From: Sphagnum compactum
Lineage: Eukaryota
Assembly: GCA_965153455.1 (NCBI GenBank)
Contig: OZ234493.1
Coordinates: 3,472,001 to 3,536,000, forward strand
Length of the DNA: 64,000 nucleotides
Reading direction: 5' to 3'
The notes beneath the pieces are model-generated. The model worked only from the letters and a program-made list of their open reading frames with translations. It had not been told where the DNA came from and ran no database searches. Below, in pieces: positions 54,213 to 64,000 of the stretch. The position numbers were made by a program, and so were the translations under genes. Position 1 is the stretch's first letter. The number at the start of each line of letters is the position of its first letter.

Positions 54213-55609
54213 ATGGCGAAAGCATCATGGCTAGTGATGGGATTTATCATCTTGTTTCAGTTCATTGCATTCGGGCTTGCACTGGGTGCCATTGCCAGAC
54301 GTAGCAAAGTGAGTTTCTTCTTCCACAAGCATATCTATGTTAGCGGTGATTTTTGCTCTAGCCGAGCTGCTTGGCTGCTACTACATTGGCAGTACTTCCG
54401 TCAGGATTTTTTTTCTTTCACAGCCATAGCTGCGGCATCCCCAAATAGATCTGAACACACTTTCCTTGAAACAAAATGTCTGCATGGCTTAGACTGTGCT
54501 GCTTCTTGTATTATATTAACTTGTCTAAATTTGGACTCGTAGTTTAGGGTCCCTTTTTTCGGTTAGATTTCATTTCTGCAAAATCCTCATTTCCCATAAC
54601 ATACTGTGTCGCAGAATTAATGAGACCCAAGTTCTGCATGCACGGATTAGTTTGTGCATTGGGTGCCAGAATAAAGCATGGCTACATCTTGAAACATTCC
54701 TTCACAGTTTAGTAGCATGTTTTCAGGTTTTTGCCACAGGGACTAACACAATATTCAAGAGATTATTTTGTCTCAAGATTCATTACCAAAAGTGGGCTGG
54801 GAGTTTTACTACTTTGCTTTGATCTGCTGTGGTTGCAGGCCACCTTAACTCAGCTTGGTGACTCAATGGAACAATGCACCTATACTGCAGATATATCTAC
54901 AGGGCTGGCCATTGCAGCTTTCATCTTTCTGCTCATAGGCCAGGTGTTGACCATGTTTGTCACACGCTGCCTGTGCTGTGGAGGAACCTTCAAATCTGGT
55001 GCTGCACGTGTGTTCGCCGTGATCCTATTCATCCTTTCCTGGTGCGATTTCTTTCAATCAGTCTCTTTGGTGAGGTTGAATCATTGCTTATATTATGCAG
55101 GTTTTCCTTTTGTGGGGGAAGCCAAAAAAAAAGTGTCCAATTCTTGGCCATTAGGTTTGTGGAAATTGAGGCTAATGGAAAATGCACACATATGTGTGAA
55201 TGGTGGCATTTTTGCTACTGCAGTTAACTTCCTGGGTCTGTTAAGGGCCTGGGTGGAGTGGACATGCTTATGGAGAGAGTAATGCGTAACATGCTGTGAT
55301 GCTGGAGTTGCCTCAAGCTGTTTGTATTCTTGCAGGTTGGGTTTCCTCATAGCTGAGGCCTATCTCCTAGCTGGAGCCAGTAATAATGCTACCCACACCA
55401 AAGGACTATATGATGCAGGAGGACCAGATGTTACTTGTAAGCACGTGCGGCAAGGCATATTTTCTGTTGGGGCAGCTTTCAGCTTCTTGACCATGCTGCT
55501 GAATTTGCTATATTACTTCACTTTCACAAAGGCATCATCAGACAGTGAAGTGCCTTGGCAGTTCCGGAGTGGTGGTGGCCCTGCAGTTGGCATGGCATCC
55601 TTCAAGTAA
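54213..55609 (+). CDS. DUF1218-family tetraspan membrane protein (MWL/VCC-like, 190 aa), exons 54213-54308, 54839-55041, 55336-55609
   Basis: IAFGLALGAIARRSK, CTYTADISTGLAIAAFIFLLIGQVLTMFVTRCLCCG, FILSWLGFLIAEAYLLAG...NATHTK and C..VRQGIFSVGAAF fit the DUF1218 pattern. Splice phases are consistent. Confidence 0.9.
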
Positions 55610-58200
55610 GCTGCTGCAATGTGCACCGCACTGTTTTAACACTACTTTTTCTCAGCTATGTTGTCTCCATCAGATCTGGGCAAGCAGGACTTTCAGAAAG
55701 CACAGAGTGATGAGGGTTCTTCCAACAGGTCGTGCAAGGCATGCAGGTGGGACATTGATGTGGGTTTGAGGGTTTATGTGCTATTGATCTTCAGAGATGA
55801 GATAAGGTACTTGAGTCATAATGCTTCACAAACCCTTTTAGGTTTGGAACAGATTTGAAACTCCAGGAGTTATTGGCCCTCATTTTGACGTCATATTATT
55901 ACCATATGCCCCAAACATGTAGTAGCTTGGTTATATTTCTCAGATTAAGTCATCTTGTTAAGCTTTATCATGTGTGGATAACTACTAGATCTGCATCCAA
56001 CAATGGCCTCTATTCAATGGTGTTGATGTTTTTTGGTATCAAATTGTGTAAAGAATTGTTGATTGCTAATTAATATCTTCATATCTGTAACCTAATGAAC
56101 TATCCATAACATATCAACTTGTGGTAACATGATTAGTCTTCCACTTCTCTAGCAATGAGGAACCACTTCCAGTTGTTGCTGCTATGAACTAGATGTTCAA
56201 CACTGTAATCCTGGTTACAGGCTGTAGAGGACATCTACATGGATCAGATGCAGGAGCACCGGGACTAGGTGAATTGCATGCACCATTCCATATTCATGGA
56301 AAAGTGGCAAGTTCTGTAGTTAGTTCAGGTTGTTATCTACCTTTTTAGCCATATCTATCTACTGATATAGCTGCTGAGGCTGATAAGAAAAGACAGGCAT
56401 GAGTGATTAGCTGGCTGAATAAGTAAATGTTATGTCATTAAACTTTCTCAATACCTCAACTATGTCTGCAGTTGGCACAAAGAAGCTTTGACAAAAAAAT
56501 TCTAGCAATTTGCTGTTATGAGGGCGTCCCAACACTATCAGAGGTCTTTTAGCACTGACAACCTAAGAATAATCAGTTGTGCATAAAAGTACATTGTTAA
56601 TGTTCTGTACAGATTGAAACGGATATGGTAATGCCATTGTTGTGAAATGTCCAATGACCTTGTTGCTTTGTGTAGACTTCAATGCTAGCACAGATTTATC
56701 ATAATAGTATGAATCTGCTGCTATGGAATTAGATTGAGTGGCAGTGAGTTTGAAGTTTTATACCATAGCAGGTGGAAGATGATACACTTTTACCACAAGG
56801 TTTTAAATGAGATCTATTATTGATCACTCTTTCAATCAAAGGGTAGAGGTGTTCTATGATGAAGCACATGCCTTATAATTTAATCTCCATGCTACACAGA
56901 GATGTGCGGTTCACTCAACAAGGCTATACAATACAAATGGACATGCATGAAACAAAATTTAACTTCGAAATGAATTTAACAAGTAAGAATAGCAAGAACA
57001 GAAACAACAGAGAGCTGCTTACAGAAAGCAGAACACGCTCTGGAGAAGTGAGAATCATGCACCCCACAAAAGGGTGATCACCATTATAAAAAGAAATTTG
57101 CATCATCATCTGAAATGCTATGCACCTAGCAACTTCCCCTCCTCAATCTTTCTCCCCAACACTTCCTGTGTTCCTGTTACATTTCGCTCACCAACTATAT
57201 CACGATAATCACACAATCATCACAAAATTTTGCTGACATGGGATTTTTCAACCAGCTCCCAACAGGCCAGCTAAACCTGATAGCCTAGCCATTCTTGTTC
57301 ATCTCCTTAAAACATAAGCTAAAGAAGCTAAATTGCAAAATCAGGACCACAAAGGGTTTCATAATCTTCCACAGGATTTCCTTGCAAGACAACTCCACAA
57401 CCTCTTACTTTTCTTTAACAGGCAATTGTCACATCATTAGACCCATTGCTCTGCAAGGGAAACATAGAAAACCCTAAAAGAAATTTCCATTTCTCTGTAC
57501 AGGGAAGACACTGATGTAAGGGGACTTCTCACACACATAATGCACAGTTCAATTTCTGCCTTTGTTATCTGACACACCTTGTGACACATAATGTGTATGT
57601 ATCAGCTCTCCTGGTCCATTCGATTTGCTGAAGGAACCTCACTTTAGAAATTTAAAGGTGCATTATGCTCAGAAGGCTTCTTCCCTCCGCACTCACTATG
57701 CTCTCAGTCTGAGGAACTCAGGCTAAAGCCCTTGTACATCTGCCCTAAAACATAGTGAGGCCCTTGGGAAGAAGAATCCTTCCCTGCAGCCTTTCCGCAT
57801 GTCTGGAGGTGGATGGATACCTAGTCCATAATTCACAACATCATCTGAATATTGACATTTTTCTGCAAGCTTGGAGATGGATCTTCACAGATGGAGAGAT
57901 CTAAAAACTCCTACACTGCTCAAGTAGCACAAAGAAAATACCTTGATGAGAGGGAAGGAGACAAAACCCAGTGAGACTAGAAGAATCATACCTTTCCTTT
58001 GTTGTAGCAGGTTGAGAGAGACTGCTACTGCTCCCTTTTTAGAGAAGATATGGTGATATTGCCATTTGAGCTACACATGTTTGCATTCTGTTCAATGGAA
58101 CAGCAACCAACAAAAAGATTTTTCCAAAAAGAAGAAGATGATGATGATGATGATGGTTGTGAGCTGATCAAGTTTCCAGATTTGCAGATTCTCCACAAGT

Positions 58201-58208
58201 GTGCGTGC

Positions 58209-58270
<62 letters not shown>
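58201..58270. repeat. Compound (GT)n(GA)n microsatellite
   Basis: Directly visible; lies downstream of the trihelix stop. Confidence 0.95.
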
Positions 58271-58274
<4 letters not shown>

Positions 58275-58325
58275 TGTATGTCTTCTGTAGAAATGAAATG
58301 GGAGTTTGTTGTGATTTGGTGGGTG

Positions 58326-59551
58326 CTATGAAGCTGTATCTCCTGCAGCAGATTTGTCACCAGCAAGTGCGAGGATGGCGGAAGCAAGGTTGTTGACGGC
58401 AGCGATAAGGCCTGCCACTCCAGCTCTGCTGATCTCCGTCTTGGCTTCTTCGATATGCAGCTTCCGTTCTTCGACTCCCAGGAGATCGCGTTGCCGTTTG
58501 TCTTCTTGTCCTCACAAGCTAGCAATGTTTGCGTTATCTCCACCGTGCTATTGAACATTGCAGGCGCTATGGCTTCGGCTCCAGCAGCTGCAGCTGCATT
58601 ACCGGACGACATTCTTGTTGTCGTCTTCCTCCTCTTTGTACTCCGCCCGGTATAAATCTCTTCTTCATCGTCCGAGGAAGTCATCTTCTTCTTCTTCTTC
58701 TTCTTCTTCTTCCTCTGCAATTCCCAGCCGAACCTCGAAAGTCGTCACCCAAGATCAAGCAAAAATCTGACGTTTTGTTGGCGTCTGCAAGCTCCAGCTT
58801 CCAGTACTGTAGCCAGAATTTCCATTGTCATGATCACTGCTATGCAGGGGTAAACTTGCGTTCCTTCTCGACACGGATTACACTGGCATCAGATGATTGA
58901 ATTGTAGTAGGGAGAGAGGAAAATACCAGAGAGAATGGGAGCAGCAGCTGTCGATTGTTGGGCCGGGGGCTGTTGAGTACTCCTGGGAGAAGTAGCTGCT
59001 GGCCGCATTGAGGTGGACGGGAGAGCTGGAGCAGGGAAGTCGACTGAGGCAGCTTACTAGCTGGAGGAGGGAAGCGACGGTCGATCACATCGTGCAATGC
59101 TCGGTAGACTGTTTCAAGAGGTCGGACGGCAAGCCCTTCTCCTTGCGCTCGTGCTTCTCCATCTGCCAATACGAGGAGACCGTGGGCTGCTCGCGGTGGC
59201 GCGGATCAACAGCTGCTGCTGTACTACGAAGCTCGTAGTCGCCGACTTTTTTGTAATCGCGCAGTAGATTGTCCCATTTATCATTACACTGGTTTTGACT
59301 GCGCTGACACCCATTCTTCCAGCAATAATTCTCCACCCATTTCCATCGCAACTCTGCGGGTTTCAACTTCTCCTTCTCACCTCCTTTCAGGCGCCGGTCC
59401 TCATCTCGCTTCTTGGCCGCGATCAGCACTACCGTCTCGCGTAAGGTCCAATTCCCCTTCCGGTACTCACGATCCTCCGGTTTGATGACTGTTGGTGTCT
59501 CCCTGAGCTGGGAAACTGCGCCTGTTGATTAGCAGGATTCGCCTCCGCCAT
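58326..59551 (-). pseudogene. Trihelix (Myb/SANT-like) transcription factor gene disrupted by single-base indels; exons 59551-58927 and 58714-58326
   Basis: REYRKGNWTLRETVVLIAAKKRDEDRR...ELRWKWVENYCWKNGCQRSQNQCNDKWDNLLRDYKKV, YWQMEKHERKEKGLPS and a C-terminal coiled coil (LLACEDK/KDKRQRDLLGVEERKLHIEEAKTEISRAGVAGLIAAVNNLASAI) lie in different frames. Could also be a consensus error in an intact gene. Confidence 0.8.
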
Positions 59552-60571
59552 CTCTCCCCCCCGCCTACAAGCATTTCTAAATATCTCTCCCCCACCTTAT
59601 ATCCACTAATTCCTGAAACTCCAGTTTTTCCTTCAGAACTGCAGCTCAGATCACGGACTCGTGAGCGACCAGCCGAGCTCGAGCTTCTTCCTAGTTCTCG
59701 TTTGTTGATTTTCGTGTTCTGGTCAGCTAGAACTCAAACTGCTCCGACATTAAAGCTTACAAGATCAAGAGCAGCTTCTTCAGTGCAACTAGTACTATCC
59801 CAGCTTCTTCAGAGCAACTAGGACTATCCCAGCTGCAGCCCCATCGATCACCTGCAGCTAATATTATTCTCCGAGTCGCCATGCACACCTTCCTTGCTGG
59901 CTACTTGGTCGATCCTCAAATTCTGGGGAGAAGAACACCCAGTACTTATTCTCGAGCACATGATCACACTTGCAACTTCAGACTTCCCAACACACAGACA
60001 TTTTTGCAACTGCAGCAAACAACATCTCAAATTCCGGAATCGCTGCTGTACATCATCACCCTAGTAAAGCTAGTCAATACTCCTCAGCAGCTGCAGTAGC
60101 TCACGCCGCATTCCACAATGCAGAAATGGCGCTCGATCCTCATGAGATTCTAGCTCAAAAGCCTTATCTCCACAAAAAAAATTAAAAATCTCTCCAGCTC
60201 CGAAAACCCGCAGCTACTACAAGATTCCCTGAGCTTGATGAACCCACCTAGCTAACTATCTAAACTAGAAAAATCCTGCTCTAGAATATCCCAAGATTAA
60301 ACACCAAACATCAGCTACTAGTACTAAAATATTCAGCAGATAAAACTGACACAAAATGTATGCTTATGACAGTTTTGTGATTGCTCAAGACAAGAACAAA
60401 AGCTCGAATTCCCAAAACAAAACAAAACAAAAACCACTCCCACTAAACACAAAAATTGCACGTTATGCAAAATTCTTTCCATATGCTTTCGGACTTGTAT
60501 GGCGGTTGCTGCTGCTGCTGCTGCTGACGATGAGAAAGTTGAGAAGTGCAGCAACAATGTCAAATGAGCTA

Positions 60572-61285
60572 CCGCACTAAGTTAGGGTGTCTTTCCATTA
60601 GGTTGTTGTGATCACAGTTACAAACAAGTGTGCACCGCAGCACTAAGTTAGGTTGTCTTTCCATTGGGTTGTTGCGATGATAATTACAAAGCAGTATGCA
60701 TCGAACTCACTTAGGGTGTCTTCCCATTAGGTTGTTGTGATCACAGCTGCAAACAGTGTGCACCCCACCCACCCGACTTCAGGTCTCTTTCCATTAGGTT
60801 GTTATGATCAGAGTTACGAACTATGTGCACCGCACTAACTTATTAGCGTCTCTTTCCATTAGGTTGTTGTGATCACAGTTACGAACTATGTGCACCGCAC
60901 TAACTTATTAGCGTCTCTTTCCATTAGGTTGTTGTGATCACAGTTACAAACTATGTGCACCGCACTAGCTTATTAGCGTCTCTTTCCATTAGGTTGTTGT
61001 GATCAGAGTTACGAACTATGTGCACCGCAGCACTAACTTATTAGCGTCTCTTTCCATTAGGTTGTTGTGATCAGAGTTACGAACTATGTGCACCGCAGCA
61101 CTAACTTATTAGCGTCTCTTTCCATTAGGTTGTTGTGATCAGAGTTACGAACTATGTGCACCGCAGCACTAACTTATTAGCGTCTCTTTCCATTAGGTTG
61201 TTGTGATCAGAGTTACGAACTATGTGCACCGCACTAACTTATTATTAGCGTCTCTTTCCATTAGGTTGTTGTGATCACAGTTACA
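60572..61285. repeat. Minisatellite, ~65-68-bp unit, ~11 copies
   Basis: Unit ccgcactaacttattagcgtctctttccattaggttgttgtgatcacagttacgaactatgtgca. The first 4 copies are diverged and the last 7 nearly identical. Confidence 0.95.
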
Positions 61286-61969
61286 CACGTTGTGCTGTAA
61301 AGGGATTTTTATAGGCCCCTACTAGATAATAATAATAGGTCTATTTTTATTATATGAGGATTTTTGAAACATGATATTTTGGCTTGTGTTGAAACTTGAG
61401 ATTAGTTACAGAGTTATATAATATCTTGAAGCATTTTGGGTTTCTTTTAGAAGATTATATTTTTGCTATGGTGAAATTATTTGAAGGGTTTATATAATGA
61501 TATTTTTTGCTATGGTACGCAAAATTATTATATAACGATGGGTATCTTATCTTTATTTAAAGAAAGAAGGGTTTTAGTTAATGTATGCACGTTTGGGGAA
61601 CAAATTTGATGACTTCACTAAAGCAAGATGCCATTTGAGCAAAGACATCACATGTTCCACATTGTTACACAAACAAATTCATGGAATATTTTTGGCCACT
61701 TCACCTAAGCAAGATCCCACTTCATTCAATCAAGACATCTTTTGTTCAAGATTGGCCCAAGTTCAATTCGTCCACCCTATATAAGCTTTGTGCCATATGC
61801 TTTGCCCCAAGTTCTATTCGTGCAACTTATATAAGTAGACTGAATGAGAAGACTACGACCTAGATCTTTTGAGACACTCCAAAGTTTGATTAAATTATTT
61901 TATGATGAGTCAATCAAAGATGCCTATCACAAAAGCAAAAGGATTGAACTTTGGGATCTTCACAACTAA

Positions 61970-62110
61970 TTTATCTATGAAGTAAGGTTGTTTATTTGTT
62001 TTGTTTGTCATCTCCCAAACCACGACGGCTCTTGTCACACTTTTGGTACCATCGGAAAGCCCTCGATAAGTGGGTGTGCATCGAGTTGGTTTCATAATGT
62101 TTTGACTAAT
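61970..62110 (+). mobile_element. Truncated copy of the Helitron-like repeat
   Basis: (TTTG)-rich tract, tctcccaaaccac and ttggtaccatcggaaagccctcga...gtgcatcgagttggtttcataatg. Confidence 0.5.
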
Positions 62111-64000
62111 GTTTGCTTAATTTTAAGTTTCTAGCCAAGTTTAGGTAGGATCTCAATCTAGGTCTAAGAACCAAACCCGTTGGATATACATGGACCCAAA
62201 ATTGGTCAAGAACTGAACCTGGCATTAAAACCAAACTTTGAAGGGCCTTCATGTATTTGGACCTAGCCAAAAACCAAATGTGTTGGGTCTTAAATTCTTT
62301 TTTACAAGGTCCAACTTTTAGGGTTTGGTAGGACTAGGGCCTTAAGTTTATATAATGTTTAAATTTTTTTCATTTTAAAGTCCTATGTCTAAATTCTAGG
62401 GTTTTAGGATCATAGGTCCTAGCTTTAAGCTTTAATATAAAAAGGCATCTTCAATGGTAGCATTAAAATGGCCTTTACACAAATATGTTGCGATGTTTCG
62501 TAAGTTGTTCCATATGATGGATAAAGGCCCAAATAAGGCCCTTGTGAATGGAAAACTTTGTCGACTAATTATTCTTTATGTTGTTCCCTGTTGTTGATCT
62601 TGGGAACATGTTGAGGAACCTTTAGAGAATATAAAAGGAACATCATGAAAACTTTTGGGAATGTGGTGGGAACATTTTGGGAACACCAAAAATCCCCCAA
62701 ATATTTTTTTTAGAAATCAATTTTCAAACCACCCACAAGAATAAGTCAGAACTTATTGAATTTGGAATGGTGCCATGCAATGAACATTAGTCATGGATGG
62801 AGCATAATGAGATTGGAATTAGATAGTAACACACATGCAATAGCCTTGAAACACACTAACCTCATCATTAGCACCAAAAGACATTAATATTTTTTTGAAA
62901 ATGAAATCAAGGTTTGAAATACCTCCAAGCACAAGAATTGTCTAACCATTGTAGTCATGTTCACTACATTAAAAACGTCAACTACATGTTTTAAAAATAG
63001 TAACATAAGACCCTTTGTCCAAATTTGAATGGTAGATGCATGGATTGAAAGCTAAATTGATTGTTAACTAAAGTAAGTTCATCACAAAACAATGCAAATA
63101 CATTAGCCTTATCCAATGCAAACATCATAGCTTGCACGACAAGGTATGGAGAATATCAGGCACACCCAAACTTGCATTATCACACCAATGTTTCTTTTAG
63201 CAATGTTTAATTTTTAGCAATTCAAGAAGAAACCTCATATTCTCAAATTTGTCACGGGTCTGCTAAACAATAATAAATATATAACGATAACAAATTGAAC
63301 ACATTGCATCTTGTTAGAAGCCAAACTTTGATTAATAACAAGTTGAAAAACAAGATTAAGAAGGATTTGAGCAAACGTAACCTACATTATTATGCATGCA
63401 CATTTTTTATTCTCATAACAATTTCCAACTTTCACCCCAAAAATAATAGAAGTGGTTTTCCTCCTCCTAGAATGTTTTGACAAAAAATAAAGTTTGGTTA
63501 TTAATAATTTTGCTACCCTTAGTTTTTAAACATAGTATGTACCTTACAAAATTCATCAAACCATCCCCATCAATAACAAATTTTCTCGACATAAATTAAG
63601 TAGCCTAAACATCCTAAAATTCATAGGCAAGTTCGTATTTCCATTTCTTCACAATAGATTTTGTCAATTCAAAATCTTGCAACAAATCTATGACAATTGC
63701 AACAATTATAAGGTTGTTATATGAAGCACATTAAGATTAGAACCTAAATGGAGGTCATTCAATGTTTAAAAGGGAGGTGATTCAAAGGTAGAAACTTTTG
63801 GTGTAGATGTATGAAACCTAGAATTGAACAATGTTTTGTACCTAAAATTTGATGGAAGCTTTGGTGGGGCCATGATGCACAAAATTGACTTCAAAAACAT
63901 GAACAATTTTTTTTTATACAAACATAAACAAAACAAATAGCAAAAGAACTAAGATTGATGAGGAAAAAAATTTAGAACAATGGAACTAAGTTCGACATCA

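Noticed and set aside
53624..54250. 208-aa ORF on the - strand
   Set aside because: Antisense to the DUF1218 5'UTR and runs through poly-A and simple repeats; compositionally spurious.
60572..61285. CRISPR-like array
   Set aside because: Units are contiguous and nearly identical with no unique spacers, there are no cas genes, and the context is a plant nuclear genome.

Overview
Eukaryotic, AT-rich land-plant nuclear DNA. The bryophyte-type mitochondrial rps12 fragment and the repeat families suggest a moss, plausibly Sphagnum, but this is inference. The left half (about 3.8-30 kb) is mostly decayed transposons: two hAT relics, several MITEs and non-autonomous Helitron-like copies, and a rps12 NUMT. 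It also holds an old full-length Ty1/Copia element (18494-24208; 370-bp LTRs, AAGAA target-site duplication, half-tRNA-type PBS) carrying a nested MITE and a nested solo LTR. A gene cluster at 31.7-44.8 kb holds an intronless TMEM18 (-) head-to-head with a 10-exon cytosolic aspartyl-tRNA synthetase (+) across a telo-box-rich promoter, then an HMGB gene (-) and a TraB-domain gene (-). The right end has a 3-exon DUF1218 gene (+), a trihelix transcription-factor gene (-) broken by up to five single-base indels, and a ~65-bp minisatellite. No CRISPR array, rRNA or tRNA gene was supported. All exon boundaries were read manually from GT-AG signals and remembered protein-family motifs; no database search was run.
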